Position numbers and translations under genes: made by a program. Shown here piece after piece: positions 1 through 10,387 of a stretch of DNA of 64,000 nucleotides (position 1 is the stretch's first letter; each line of letters begins with the position of its first letter). This DNA comes from Candidatus Zambryskiibacteriota bacterium. Lineage in GTDB: Bacteria > Patescibacteriota > Minisyncoccia > Phycocordibacterales > Zambryskibacteraceae. The notes below the pieces were generated by a model. It did no database searches. It saw nothing but the letters and a program-made list of their open reading frames with translations, and was not told the origin of the DNA. The DNA lies in the NCBI GenBank assembly GCA_016180955.1, contig JACPAD010000001.1, positions 75,516-139,515 on the forward strand, read 5' to 3'.

Positions 1-222
1 AGCCTTGGTAACATTCTCAAAAGCGCTGGCTTCGTGTATGGCATAACCCTTGACTGTGTTGACAAGATTTGGAATTAGGTCATAGCGACGCTTGAGCTGA
101 ACGTCGATATCGGCCCACGCTTCCTTTGCCCTGTTAATAAGACGAATGAAAGAGTTATAAACAAAAATAACCCAGAGTACTAAAACAGCGACAATAAGCA
201 AAATTATCATTAGTGATGACAT
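1..222 (-). CDS. lemA: LemA family protein (5' part; runs off window edge)
   Basis: Manual translation from ATG at 222: [61 protein letters not shown]..., the LemA signature; absent from the ORF track. Confidence 0.9.
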   Translation of the reverse strand, partial: MSSLMIILLIVAVLVLWVIFVYNSFIRLINRAKEAWADIDVQLKRRYDLIPNLVNTVKGYAIHEASAFENVTKA

Positions 223-242
223 ACTGCTATTTTAGCACACCT

Positions 243-1898
243 CTAATAATCTATCCCTGGAGCGTGGTTGTACTTTTCTTGTTTAGATTCTGGTTCATCT
301 GCAATAGCCACTTCGGTAGTAAGGAGAATGGCTACGGCGGAAGCGGCGTTTTCGAGCGCGCATCTAGTCACTTTTAACGGATCAACGATGCCGGCTTCAA
401 ACATGTTTGTTACAAACTCGTCCTTCAAGGCGTCGTAGCCAGAAGCTGTGCCACCTTTGAGCACTTCGTTGACCACTACCCCTTCGTCCTTGCCAGCATT
501 CTTGGCAATCTGGCGAAGCGGCTCCTTAAGCGCCTCAATCACTGCCGTATAGCCAGCAGTAAATTCAGCTTCACTGGCTTCGCTAGCTTCGATAGCTTTA
601 TGAGATTCTTTAAATTTAGTTTCAATTTTCTTGGAAACTTTGGCGAAAGCACTGCCGCCGCCGGCGACAATACCCTCGCTGATAGCAGCTTTGGTAGCAT
701 TGACGGCATCTTCGATTTTCAACTTCAAATATTTCATCTCGGTCTCGGTAGCGGCGCCGACTTTGATGACCGCTACTCCTCCCACAAGCTTGGCTATGCG
801 CTTCTCCAAATTTTCAATATCGAATTTTGAATCCGTGTTTTCTTTCTCTGTTTGAAGACTCTGAATTCTGGCTACAACGTCAGCTTTCTTGCCCTTGCCG
901 CCGACAATAATAGTATTATCTTTGGTCGAAACTACCCGTGAGGCACGGCCGAGGACGTTGAGTTCGGCAGTCTCGAATCTAAGGTCAACTTCGTCGGAAA
1001 TCACTTTAGCACCGATAGTGACGGCAATATCGGCGAGCATTTCCTTTTTCTTATCACCGTAGCCCGGGGCTTTGACAGCAAGGACGTTGAACGAGCCACG
1101 GAGTTTATTGAGTACGAAAGTAGTTAAGGCCTCCCCGTCCACGTCGTCTGCAACGATGACTAAATCTTTCTTGCCTGTTGCCGCAAGTTTCTCAAGGAGC
1201 GGCAAGAGCTCTTTGATAGTGGAGATCTTTTTATCTGTCAGAAGAATGGCCGGGTCACGGTACTCCGCTTCCATCCTCTCCGGATTGGTAATCATGTAAG
1301 GCGATATGTAGCCCTTGTCGAATTCCAGCCCTTCGACAATTTCGGAGTCGATGCCGAAAGACTGGGATTCCTCGACGGTCACCACGCCGTCCTTGCCAAT
1401 TTTTTTAATCGTACCTGCAATAATAGTGCCGATTTCCTCAGACTCGGCGGCAATGGCGGCTACTTGCCGCACTTCCGCGTCACTCTTGATGGGCTTACTC
1501 ATTTTCTTAAGAGCTTCGATTGCATCATGCGTGGCAGCTTCAATACCGCGCCGTATTGCCATAGAGTTGGCAGTGACTAGTGATTTCTTGAAGCCGGCTT
1601 CGACAAGTGCTTGAGTAAAAACGATAGAAGTGGTAGTGCCGTCGCCGGCAGTGTCGTTGGTCTTACTGGCCACTTCTTTTACAATCTCGGCGCCCATGTT
1701 CTCGAACTTATTCGCCAAGGTAATGTCTTTGGCAATTGTTACGCCGTCGTTGGTCACAGTCGGAGAGCCGTAGCCCTTGTCCAAGACGACGTTCCGGCCA
1801 CGCGGACCAAGGGTTATGGAAACCGCATCGGCAACGGCATCGATGCCGCGCTTTAAAGCATCTCTTGCTTCTTGATTGAATAGAATTTTTTTAGCCAT
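243..1898 (-). CDS. groL: Chaperonin GroEL
   Basis: [31 protein letters not shown] motifs; 551 aa. Confidence 0.99.
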   Translation of the reverse strand: MAKKILFNQEARDALKRGIDAVADAVSITLGPRGRNVVLDKGYGSPTVTNDGVTIAKDITLANKFENMGAEIVKEVASKTNDTAGDGTTTSIVFTQALVEAGFKKSLVTANSMAIRRGIEAATHDAIEALKKMSKPIKSDAEVRQVAAIAAESEEIGTIIAGTIKKIGKDGVVTVEESQSFGIDSEIVEGLEFDKGYISPYMITNPERMEAEYRDPAILLTDKKISTIKELLPLLEKLAATGKKDLVIVADDVDGEALTTFVLNKLRGSFNVLAVKAPGYGDKKKEMLADIAVTIGAKVISDEVDLRFETAELNVLGRASRVVSTKDNTIIVGGKGKKADVVARIQSLQTEKENTDSKFDIENLEKRIAKLVGGVAVIKVGAATETEMKYLKLKIEDAVNATKAAISEGIVAGGGSAFAKVSKKIETKFKESHKAIEASEASEAEFTAGYTAVIEALKEPLRQIAKNAGKDEGVVVNEVLKGGTASGYDALKDEFVTNMFEAGIVDPLKVTRCALENAASAVAILLTTEVAIADEPESKQEKYNHAPGIDY

Positions 1899-2235
1899 TT
1901 TTGATTACTGCTAGTACATTATCTTCTTTTAACAAGTAGAGTTCTTCGCCATTTTGTTCAACTTCGTCGTAGCCATATTTGGAAAAGAGAACCGTGTCAC
2001 CTATTCTAATGCGCACTGGTACCAATTTACCGTCAACAATTTTACCCTCGCCAACTGCAAGTACCTTGCCTTGAGCCGACTTCTCTTTGGTCATCGACTC
2101 AGGCAAAACAAAATCTGTCATTGGCTTCTTGCCTTGAGCCCGTCGAATGGCCTCTTCGCTAAAAGGCCTTAAGAGCACCCTGTCTCCCAAAGGGATAATT
2201 CTTGAATTTGAACCAGTTTTTTTCTCCATAATCAT
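1891..2235 (-). CDS. groS: Co-chaperonin GroES
   Basis: PLGDRVL, GKVLAVGEG, GDTVLFSKYG; overlaps groEL start. Confidence 0.97.
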   Translation of the reverse strand: MIMEKKTGSNSRIIPLGDRVLLRPFSEEAIRRAQGKKPMTDFVLPESMTKEKSAQGKVLAVGEGKIVDGKLVPVRIRIGDTVLFSKYGYDEVEQNGEELYLLKEDNVLAVIKNG

Positions 2236-2289
2236 CCATCATACACAAATTGCCTATTTAGGGAAATTAAGGTAACATTTCACCAGCTT

Positions 2290-2329
2290 CTAGCTGCTAG
2301 TCCCTAGAACCTAGCAGCTAGAACCTAGA
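2290..2329. repeat. 7-bp-period CTAGnnn tandem repeat immediately upstream of secG
   Basis: ctagctg ctagtcc ctagaac ctagcag ctagaac ctaga. Confidence 0.8.
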
Positions 2330-2554
2330 ATGTCTTATCTTCCTTATATTCAAGTTGCTTTAAGTATCCTTCTGGTTATAGGGGTGCTTCTCCAGCGCTC
2401 TGAAGCAGGCCTCGGTGCCGGTTTCGGCTCAGATTCGGGCACTGGGTATCGCTTCATGCGCCGCGGATTCGAGAAAACTCTTTTCAACGCCACCATTCTC
2501 ATTGCCGTCCTTTTCGCGCTCTCCGCGCTGACACCTCTTCTTGTTGTTCGTTAA
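2330..2554 (+). CDS. secG: Preprotein translocase subunit SecG
   Basis: Two TM helices; VLLQ..GLG.GFG and RRGFEK.L motifs. Confidence 0.92.
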   Translation: MSYLPYIQVALSILLVIGVLLQRSEAGLGAGFGSDSGTGYRFMRRGFEKTLFNATILIAVLFALSALTPLLVVR

Positions 2555-2558
2555 CTCA

Positions 2559-4313
2559 ATGCGTTATAAAGAATTACAAGCCCTCCTACGGAGACGCTTT
2601 CAAATACCTAGAGAGCGCTCTGTCCGCCGGACTATCCAGTCTTTTACTCTTGCGGAAAAAGCGGTCTTCTACTTCTTTACGGCATTTTTTATCCTCTCCG
2701 GTTTCTCTCTTATCTGGCAGGTAAGCAACGCTTATCTTGTCCAAGTCCCTACCGAAGGCGGCGCTTTAACTGAAGGGGTGGTCGGCAATCCTCGCTTCAT
2801 TAATCCGGTATTAGCACTCTCGGAAGCGGACAAAAATCTTACCGCACTCATCTACTCCGGCCTTTTGCGCGTCACTCCCCAAGGAGAAATCATCAACAAC
2901 TTGGCCGAAAAAGTTAGTATCTCCGAGAACCGACTAGTTTACACCGTGACCATCGCTTCAGGCGCGCGCTTCCACGACGGCATACCTGTCACGGCAGACG
3001 ATGTTGTTTTTACCGTCAGTAAGATTACCGACCCGCTCATCAAGAGCCCTCGACGGGGTAATTGGGACGGGGTGATTGTAGAGAAAGTCGACGAGCGCAC
3101 GGTGCGATTTACTCTGAAGAAAGCTTATACTCCCTTCATATATAACTTAACTACCGGCATCCTCCCGCACCACATCTGGAAAAATGTTACTGACGATGAG
3201 TTCTCCTTTAGCCAGTTCAATACTTTGCCTGTCGGCTCCGGTCCTTACAAGATAGGCCGTGTCGAGAGAAATGACGGCGGCATTCCGGACTACTACAGAC
3301 TCTCGCCTTTCAAAGGCACTTTGGCCAAAACTGTGTTTGTAAGAAATTTATCTTTCCGCTTCTATCCGTCCGAGACGGCTCTTATCGAAGCTTATAAAAA
3401 GGGCGGGGTTGAGAGTATCGCGGGCATTTCGCCGGAGCGCCTCTCGGAACTTAATTTAGGAAACGCGGAGATTATCAGCGCGCCGTTGCCGAGAATCTTC
3501 GCCGTCTTCTTTAATCAAAGTCAGTCGCGAGTACTTTTAAATAAAGAGGTACGGGAAGCGCTCGACATGGCAGCGCCGAAAGAGAAAATCGTGGAAGAAG
3601 TGCTCGGTGGCTATGGTACGGCTATCGACGGGCCACTGCCGGCGACACTTTTTTCTTGGGTGACAGAACATAGAGAACTTTCTTCGGAAGAGAGAATGGT
3701 AAGGGCCAGAAAGCTTCTCACTGAAAATGGCTGGAAACCGAATGATGAGACCGGTGTACTTGAAAAAAAATCCGGCAATGCTAAAATATCCTTGTCGTTT
3801 TCCATCTCTACCGGCGACGCTCCAGAATTGCGTCTGGTAAGCGAGCTCTTAAAGGCAAGCTGGCAAGAGCTCGGGGCCGAAGTCGAGGTTTTATACTTCG
3901 AATCGGGCGAGCTTAACCAGAGCGTCATCAGGCCGAGACACTTCGACGCGCTTCTCTTCGGAGAAGTGGTAGGCAGAGAAGCGGACCTCTACCCATTCTG
4001 GCATTCCTCGCAACGCTCTGACCCCGGCTTAAACATTGCTTTATACGCCAATTCCAGGACTGACCGGCTCTTGGAAGAGATCAGAACGCTGAGCAACAAA
4101 GAAGAGGTGGAAGAAAGTTACAATACATTCTACGAGGAGTTGAAGAAGGATATGCCGGCAGTCTTCCTCTACTCTCCGAGTTTCCTATACATAGTGCCGG
4201 AAAAGCTCAAGGGAGTCGAGCTTATTTCTCTCTCCGTCTCCCAAGACAGATTCCTCAATATTCGGGACTGGTTCGTGGAGACAGACAAGGTGTGGAAAAT
4301 ATTTTTGGATTAA
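2559..4313 (+). CDS. Peptide ABC transporter substrate-binding protein (family 5)
   Basis: FHDG.PVTADDVVFT, PVGSGPY motifs; N-terminal TM anchor; ATG 2559 preferred. Confidence 0.9.
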   Translation: MRYKELQALLRRRFQIPRERSVRRTIQSFTLAEKAVFYFFTAFFILSGFSLIWQVSNAYLVQVPTEGGALTEGVVGNPRFINPVLALSEADKNLTALIYSGLLRVTPQGEIINNLAEKVSISENRLVYTVTIASGARFHDGIPVTADDVVFTVSKITDPLIKSPRRGNWDGVIVEKVDERTVRFTLKKAYTPFIYNLTTGILPHHIWKNVTDDEFSFSQFNTLPVGSGPYKIGRVERNDGGIPDYYRLSPFKGTLAKTVFVRNLSFRFYPSETALIEAYKKGGVESIAGISPERLSELNLGNAEIISAPLPRIFAVFFNQSQSRVLLNKEVREALDMAAPKEKIVEEVLGGYGTAIDGPLPATLFSWVTEHRELSSEERMVRARKLLTENGWKPNDETGVLEKKSGNAKISLSFSISTGDAPELRLVSELLKASWQELGAEVEVLYFESGELNQSVIRPRHFDALLFGEVVGREADLYPFWHSSQRSDPGLNIALYANSRTDRLLEEIRTLSNKEEVEESYNTFYEELKKDMPAVFLYSPSFLYIVPEKLKGVELISLSVSQDRFLNIRDWFVETDKVWKIFLD

Positions 4314-4326
4314 AAATTAAATAATT

Positions 4327-6102
4327 ATGCTTTCTACTAAATTTGCAAGCAGCTTACGGCATAAGTCTATTCGACGACATGGCCAAAGCGCGATACCGAT
4401 GAAGAAGCCAGCAGACATAATCCCTCCTATTAATGACGCTTTGCGCATCATTCCTCTCGGCGGCGTCGAGGAGATCGGCAAAAATATGACGGTCGTCGAA
4501 TTTAAGGACGACATTATCGTCATTGATGCGGGCATCCAGTTTACCGACGACGATACGCCGGGTATCGACTATATCCTGCCCAACGTCAAATATCTCGAGG
4601 ACCGCAAGGATAAGATCCGCGCCCTCGTCATTACCCACGGCCACTTAGACCACATCGGCGGCATTCCTTATCTCATTACCCGTCTTGGCAACCCGCCAAT
4701 CTACACCCGCGAGTTCGGCGCGCTCCTCATCAGAAAGCGCCAAGCGGAGTTCCCTCATCTTCCTCCGCTCGATATCCGCATCGTGGACAGCGGCGACCAA
4801 TCCATCCCCATCTCGCCAAACTTTAAAGTGCGCTTCTTCGGTCTTACTCACTCCATACCCGACTCAACCGGCATCATCATCGAGACCCCTTACGGCGACA
4901 TCGTCAATACCGGCGATGTCCGCGTCGAGAACGAGAACGGCGTTGTCGCGGAGAAAGAGCTTGAGCAATACAAGATGTTCAAGGACAGGAACATCATTCT
5001 CTTTACCATGGATTCGACCGGCATCGAGAAGCCCGGTTTCTCGCCCTCCGAGGCCTCGATACTTAAAAATATCGACGCTATAGTCAAGGACGCTCCCGGC
5101 CGCATCATCATCGCCACCTTTGCTTCCCAAGTGGAGCGCATTATCGAGTTCTTGAAGAGCGCCCGCCGCTACGGCAGAAAGGTTTTGATCGAAGGTCGCA
5201 GCATGAAGACCAACGTGGAGATTATCAAGCACCTAAACCTCGTCGACACTACCGACATTGTCCCTATCGAAGAGATTGAAAAATATCCGCCCAACAAGAT
5301 TATGATTATCGCCACCGGCGCCCAAGGCGAGGAATTTGCCGCCCTGATGCGCATGTCCAATAAGACCCACAAATACGTGCGGCTGGAGCGTTCCGATACC
5401 ATTGTCTTATCTTCCTCTGTTATCCCGGGCAACGACCGCGCCGTCGAGAAGCTCAAAGATAACCTTTTCCGTCATGACGCCAAGATTATTACCTACCTCG
5501 ACTCCGACGTCCACACCTCGGGACACGGCAAACGGGGCGAACTTGAGTGGATACATAAGCAGATTAATTACAAATACTTCATGCCGGTGCACGGCAGCCA
5601 CTTCCGCCTCAAGATGCACGCCGAACTGGCGGCCTCTCTTGGCTGTCCGCGCGAGAATATTATTGTGCCCGAGAACGGTTCTATCATCGAAATCCGTGAC
5701 GAAGGCCGCCAGTTCTTGAAGCTTACGGAAAAAGCGCCATCGGACGATATGGTTGTCGAAGGGCTTTCCATCGGAGATATCTCCGAAGTAGTCATCCGCG
5801 ACAGGAAGATGCTTGCCGAGGATGGCATCTTTGTCATCATCGCCCTTATCAATACCCGAAACGGCCGTTTGAAGAAGAGTCCGGATATCATCGCCCGCGG
5901 CTTCGTCTACTTGCGCGAATCGCAAGAGCTTTTAAGCGAGGCCAGAGTGATCATCAAGCGCTCCATCGAATCCGCCGCCGCGGGCTCCAACCCCATCAAC
6001 TTCGACCACGTCAAGAACGTGGTAACCGAAGACATTTCCCGCTTCTTATTTCAGAGGACAGCCAAAAAACCCATCGTCATTCCTGTTATCCTCGGTGTCT
6101 AG
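4327..6102 (+). CDS. rnj: Ribonuclease J
   Basis: PLGGVEEIGKN, THGHLDHIG, HSIPD, HTSGH motifs; start could be 4399. Confidence 0.97.
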   Translation: MLSTKFASSLRHKSIRRHGQSAIPMKKPADIIPPINDALRIIPLGGVEEIGKNMTVVEFKDDIIVIDAGIQFTDDDTPGIDYILPNVKYLEDRKDKIRALVITHGHLDHIGGIPYLITRLGNPPIYTREFGALLIRKRQAEFPHLPPLDIRIVDSGDQSIPISPNFKVRFFGLTHSIPDSTGIIIETPYGDIVNTGDVRVENENGVVAEKELEQYKMFKDRNIILFTMDSTGIEKPGFSPSEASILKNIDAIVKDAPGRIIIATFASQVERIIEFLKSARRYGRKVLIEGRSMKTNVEIIKHLNLVDTTDIVPIEEIEKYPPNKIMIIATGAQGEEFAALMRMSNKTHKYVRLERSDTIVLSSSVIPGNDRAVEKLKDNLFRHDAKIITYLDSDVHTSGHGKRGELEWIHKQINYKYFMPVHGSHFRLKMHAELAASLGCPRENIIVPENGSIIEIRDEGRQFLKLTEKAPSDDMVVEGLSIGDISEVVIRDRKMLAEDGIFVIIALINTRNGRLKKSPDIIARGFVYLRESQELLSEARVIIKRSIESAAAGSNPINFDHVKNVVTEDISRFLFQRTAKKPIVIPVILGV

Positions 6103-6141
6103 TACATGAAGTTGACAAATTGTATTTGCTATACTTAAGGT

Positions 6142-7278
6142 ATGTGGAAGACTATCAGGATCTTCGTGCTCGCCTTTTTTATCTCGCTTAATTTCGGATT
6201 GCTTCTATATATCAACTCCTCGTTTCTAAGTATTTTCTTTCCTTCGTGGATCGTTAGCCTGCTATTCATCCTGGGGGCCATGGGCAATATTACTCTTTTC
6301 TTTTTGGCGCCGAGATTTTTGAAAGTTTTGGATAAATCGTTTTTACTTTTTCTTTTTCTCGTCATTGCATTTTTATCCGGCCTTTATATGTCCACGGCTA
6401 CAGGTGCGGCGGGAGTAGCTATTGCCTTTCTCTCTTATTCAAGTGTGATTTATATGATCTACTACTGCCTCGACATTTTTCTTGAAGAGCTTTCCGTAGA
6501 TCGCCATACCGGCGAGTTGAGAGGGCTTTACAGCATCTTTTTAAACGGCGGCATCATGCTCGGGCCGCTTTTGGTCGTTCTGATAGCCAGAGACGATAAT
6601 GTCAGGCCAGTTTATCTTGTTGGGGCGGCACTCCTTATCGTTGCCGTGCTTCTTTTGTCAAACTCTTTCAAAATTAAAAACAATCATCATAAAGAGCCAA
6701 TACCGTTGCCTTTCAAAAAGTGGCGGCACTCCGCCAATATTCGCCGTGTTACTCTAGCTAAATTAGTCTTAGAGATATTCTTTACGCTTATGGTCATCTA
6801 CACTCCTCTCTACCTTCATAATGAACTTGGTTTCGCGTGGAGAGAACTTGGCATCATCTTTACGATAATGCTTTTGCCTTTTGTGATATTTGAATGGCCC
6901 GTGGGAGAATTGGCCGATCGCTTCTGGGGTGAGAAAGAGATGATGTCCTTGGGTTTTTTTATCACCGGGTCCGCTCTTCTTATTATGCCTTTCCTCGACA
7001 AAGTCTTTGCCGCTTGGCTTCTAATCCTTCTTCTCTCACGCGTGGGCGCGAGTATTGTTGAGATTACAACAGAGAGTTATTTCTTCAAACAGATTAGCGC
7101 TTCTGAAACGGGCATGTTGAGTATCTTTCGCTTAGTCAGACCGGTCGGCATTATTCTCGGTGCTCTTATTGGTGCACTGACCCTTCAAATCCTTGCTTTT
7201 ACTACAATTTTCTTCGTCGTCGCTTTCGTGATATTTCTCGGCATTCGCGAGAGTGCTTACCTCAAAGATACTCTCTGA
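6142..7278 (+). CDS. MFS transporter
   Basis: About 12 hydrophobic segments; G.LADRFWGEK motif A variant. Confidence 0.85.
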   Translation: MWKTIRIFVLAFFISLNFGLLLYINSSFLSIFFPSWIVSLLFILGAMGNITLFFLAPRFLKVLDKSFLLFLFLVIAFLSGLYMSTATGAAGVAIAFLSYSSVIYMIYYCLDIFLEELSVDRHTGELRGLYSIFLNGGIMLGPLLVVLIARDDNVRPVYLVGAALLIVAVLLLSNSFKIKNNHHKEPIPLPFKKWRHSANIRRVTLAKLVLEIFFTLMVIYTPLYLHNELGFAWRELGIIFTIMLLPFVIFEWPVGELADRFWGEKEMMSLGFFITGSALLIMPFLDKVFAAWLLILLLSRVGASIVEITTESYFFKQISASETGMLSIFRLVRPVGIILGALIGALTLQILAFTTIFFVVAFVIFLGIRESAYLKDTL

Positions 7279-7894
7279 TTTCTCCTGCTTTTATTTCAAT
7301 CGGATCTGCTTTGCGGAGGTCTTTAATTTGTTTACTGGAAAGGATTCTGGTATGGGGCGAGTGGTCGAGTTTGTAAGCGAGACTGGTAAGGTTTTCTTTT
7401 GTAGTAAGCCATGCTGTTCCGTGTTTCGAGAGATCGAAAGGTTTGGAGAAATTTCTCAAAGTTTTCTTGCCGCTTGGCAGAAAGTATTCGTGGAAATAGG
7501 ACATGGCCAGTTCGCCCGCGCTTTTATAAACCGGTTCGCGATAGCGAAGCACGGCGTGATTGGTCTTCGAAATTGCGCCCCAGCACTTCCCTTCTCTGAA
7601 TAATGCAACCACATGATCGAAATCAGGCCGAATTGTTTTAAGATCCAAAAGAAGTGGTTTCTGACCCTGTACCCAAAGCGCTGCGGCAGCCAAGAGAGCC
7701 CCTTCGAAGCATTGAGCCTTGCGCCTTTTTAACGTTAAACTCACGGAGCTATTGGTCTCTCCTTCTTTTTCAAAATTGAATTTAAGGGAATTAAGGAAGT
7801 CCTGAATTTTGGCCGGAGTATTGAGCTTCTTGAGCAGCTGCCATTCTTTGTGGTCTAGTCCTGATTTTTTCAGATTAAGTGGTTGTATCGGCAT
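7262..7894 (-). CDS. Conserved hypothetical protein, transglutaminase-like (Cys-His)
   Basis: CFEGALLAAAAL, DHVVALF, WGAISKTN. Confidence 0.6.
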   Translation of the reverse strand: MPIQPLNLKKSGLDHKEWQLLKKLNTPAKIQDFLNSLKFNFEKEGETNSSVSLTLKRRKAQCFEGALLAAAALWVQGQKPLLLDLKTIRPDFDHVVALFREGKCWGAISKTNHAVLRYREPVYKSAGELAMSYFHEYFLPSGKKTLRNFSKPFDLSKHGTAWLTTKENLTSLAYKLDHSPHTRILSSKQIKDLRKADPIEIKAGEIREYL

Positions 7895-7942
7895 GGGCCT
7901 TATCTTACAATATAATTCCAGAAACGTACCCGGGAGGAGCCC

Positions 7943-8110
7943 TTGGTAGACTATTCAAACCCGCGAAAGTGGCCAGTGGGCCTGCTCATCGCCACCAAGC
8001 AGCTCGTGCTTGATCGGCTCAAGCTCAATCCCCACGATGCTCGCGAGCAGGCGGAACTTGCACGCATTGACGAAGACCTCAGGCGTGCCGAAACCCAACC
8101 ACAGCGCTGA
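7943..8110 (+). CDS. Small orphan protein (55 aa), not in ORF track
   Basis: GGAGGAG SD then TTG at 7943: LVDYSNPRKWPVGLLIATKQLVLDRLKLNPHDAREQAELARIDEDLRRAETQPQR*; hairpin overlaps the stop. Confidence 0.55.
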   Translation: MVDYSNPRKWPVGLLIATKQLVLDRLKLNPHDAREQAELARIDEDLRRAETQPQR

Positions 8111-8131
8111 CGAAAGAATCGTCAGCGCTGT
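8101..8131. terminator. Hairpin after small orphan ORF
   Basis: acagcgctgacga...tcgtcagcgctgt inverted repeat. Confidence 0.6.
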
Positions 8132-8215
8132 ACCGTATTATCTAGTACCAAGAAGCGCCACGAATTTCATCGAATCAAATGAAAGCCGCCCGAAAGCACG
8201 ACGGCTTTCTGGCGG

Positions 8216-8746
8216 CTAGTCGGCAAGAGCTTCGCCCAAGAGGTCCATCACCCTGCCGAGAGACAAAGAGTAGATCTCCGAGACGACCATGTTGACTTGA
8301 TCGTTGTTGGATGGACGGAGAGCGAGAAAGTCAGCGACATCTCTGAATCCAACCACGACCAGATTTTCTTGCGGTATTTGCACCAGATTGTCCTTCAATG
8401 AAGAAGGGTTTTGCAGACTCTGACCCATGCTGAAGACCACAATCGTGACGATTCCTCCATTCAGGACTTCGCCAAACACTTGAGCCATTCTGCCGCAGAA
8501 GACCGAGTCATCCCAGATGAAGATCTTCTGCCCGTAGGCAAAGAGCTCGTTATTGCAGTACATCTGGCCGCCGCGCTTCTCGAAGCGGGACCTCTTCATT
8601 ACCCAACGCCCAAGCACGAACTGAGACTGGATTTTCTCGGCGGAGAATTCAGGGTGATTCTTGAGGTCAATCCCGGCCTGACCCTGTCCCGAAAACACGG
8701 CTGGAAATAGAACCAGCACCAGAATGCAAGCTAATGCACTTCGCAT
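8216..8746 (-). CDS. Secreted hypothetical protein
   Basis: Signal-peptide-like N-terminus; AGGAGG SD upstream. Confidence 0.7.
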   Translation of the reverse strand: MRSALACILVLVLFPAVFSGQGQAGIDLKNHPEFSAEKIQSQFVLGRWVMKRSRFEKRGGQMYCNNELFAYGQKIFIWDDSVFCGRMAQVFGEVLNGGIVTIVVFSMGQSLQNPSSLKDNLVQIPQENLVVVGFRDVADFLALRPSNNDQVNMVVSEIYSLSLGRVMDLLGEALAD

Positions 8747-8830
8747 TTCTACCTCCTAATAACTGTCCATGGTCATGCTAACATAATCGTAATTGAAAAA
8801 AGCTTAAAATTCCTGTATCTTAACGTATAT

Positions 8831-8901
8831 TGCGGGATCGTCTAATGGTAGGACTGCAGATTCTGGATCTGCGTATCTTGGTTCGAGTCCAAGTCCCGCA
8901 G
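8831..8901 (+). tRNA. tRNA-Gln(CTG); island integration site
   Basis: tgcggga..tcccgca acceptor; gcaga-ttCTGga-tctgc anticodon arm; GTTCGAG T-loop. Confidence 0.97.
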
Positions 8902-8912
8902 CCTCTATAAAA

Positions 8913-8996
8913 CTCACCTCATTTTCGGGGAATTTTTGGCGCGCGGCGCGGAGCGCCGAGTATGGAAATAAAGGGGAATCTTCTATACGCCGGTCG
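8913..8996. repeat. Left arm of 84-bp perfect inverted repeat (partner 11830..11913)
   Basis: ctcacctcattttcgggg...ctatacgccggtcg is the exact reverse complement of 11830..11913. Confidence 0.97.
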
Positions 8997-10379
8997 GGTT
9001 CGAGCCGAAGATTTTGGGAGTAGAGATTTTTTGGAGGGGAGGTCGTTCCTTTGAGCGGCTTCAGCTAAGCTTGAAGCCACATTTAGCCATTCCTGCATCG
9101 GTTCGAGCCACGCTTTAGCGTTCCTTTCTAAATTACTTATTTTCTCTTCAAAACTTTTCTTATTAGAGAAAAGTTTTGAGCGCTCTTTGAGATAGGTTTC
9201 TCGGTCTATGTCTTGGGCTATGTAGATATCTAAGAGTCTCTGTATTTTCTCGGAGATAGTAGAAACCCTGTTTCGAAGGTCTTCAATTATTACTGCGCTT
9301 TCTTGCTCGGCCTTCTTTTCATCTTCTTTCATTAACTTTTCAAATTCTTCAGCCCAACGGCTCGGCATAGATGAGCCGTTGAGGATTTCGTTAACCTGTT
9401 CTAACAGCGCTTCTTCTCTTATATGCGGTTCGTTGCAAGGAGTCGTTTTGGACTTCTTCGTGCAATGGTAATAAATATATTTATGGACATTGCCGTTCTT
9501 CTGTCTTTTAACCTTATCCTCTGCCGTTATCATCATCCCGCAAGTAGCACAGCGTAGAAGCCCGCAGAAAGCTTTTGGCTCATTATGTGGCTTCATAGGA
9601 TGGCCTCGCTCAAGGATTACATCTTGGACTTTATCCCAGAGTTTCTTACTAACTATCGGAGGATGCTTACCCTCGTGAATTTCTCCACCATAGAAAAAGT
9701 GGCCATAATAGAATGGATTTGAAAGAATCCACTTAACTCTATCCTTGTGCATTTTCTTTCCGCTTATGGTTCTAACATTTCTCTCGTAAAGAAAATTAGA
9801 AACATCTTCCAGCCGAGCATCGCCGTTTGAATAAAGCTCAAAAGCTTGTTTGAGTATTGGAGCTTTCTTTCTATCCACCACAATAGTTCTTCTCCTTGTA
9901 TCGTTTAAATATCCAGTGGGAGCGGTGCTTGGAAATTCGCCTCGCTTAACCTTTGCCCTTAACCCCCTTTTTACATTAGTACTTAAATCTCTAATAAATT
10001 GGTTGGCCATACCAAACTCCACAGACATCATTAAGACATTGTCTGTGGGGTAGTAACTTCTATCGTGTATAAGCAAGTGCTGAATAATGCCTTGCTGAAG
10101 CATCCAGCTGATCTGTCCGCCGTCTACCGGATTACGGGCAAGGCGATCTAATTTCCAGCACACAATACCTTGCGCCTCGCCCTTTTGAATCTTTTTGACC
10201 ATTTCGTTAAAGACAGGTCTGTCAGGCATTTTAGCCGTGCGCTTTTCCACGAATTCTTCTGTAATAGGCAGACCTTCTTTCTTGGCTAAAGCTCTTAATT
10301 CTGAAAGCTGGGCTTCAATAGAAAGTACTTGTTTGTCTTCGACATCTGTAGATTTTCTAGTGTAGAGAAAGTAATTCAT
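8919..10379 (-). CDS. Large serine recombinase (resolvase + recombinase + Zn-ribbon + coiled coil); C-terminus apparently frame-disrupted
   Basis: YTRKST catalytic Ser, KLDRLARN, LSNPFYYG, CATCG...YYHC. Confidence 0.95.
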   Translation of the reverse strand: MNYFLYTRKSTDVEDKQVLSIEAQLSELRALAKKEGLPITEEFVEKRTAKMPDRPVFNEMVKKIQKGEAQGIVCWKLDRLARNPVDGGQISWMLQQGIIQHLLIHDRSYYPTDNVLMMSVEFGMANQFIRDLSTNVKRGLRAKVKRGEFPSTAPTGYLNDTRRRTIVVDRKKAPILKQAFELYSNGDARLEDVSNFLYERNVRTISGKKMHKDRVKWILSNPFYYGHFFYGGEIHEGKHPPIVSKKLWDKVQDVILERGHPMKPHNEPKAFCGLLRCATCGMMITAEDKVKRQKNGNVHKYIYYHCTKKSKTTPCNEPHIREEALLEQVNEILNGSSMPSRWAEEFEKLMKEDEKKAEQESAVIIEDLRNRVSTISEKIQRLLDIYIAQDIDRETYLKERSKLFSNKKSFEEKISNLERNAKAWLEPMQEWLNVASSLAEAAQRNDLPSKKSLLPKSSARTRPAYRRFPFISILGAPRRAPKIPRK

Positions 10380-10387
10380 GGTTAAGT

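Noticed and set aside
565-600. EASEASEA segment in GroEL as another repeat insertion
   Set aside because: Short 9-bp-period duplication with no clear match to the other families; cannot be judged without alignment.
4317-5925. Many long antisense ORFs over rnj (also over clpB, groEL, rnr)
   Set aside because: Shadow ORFs from GC-rich codon usage, with no recognisable motifs.
8010-8219. 69-aa ORF from the track
   Set aside because: No SD and it runs through two hairpins; the 7943..8110 frame is better supported.
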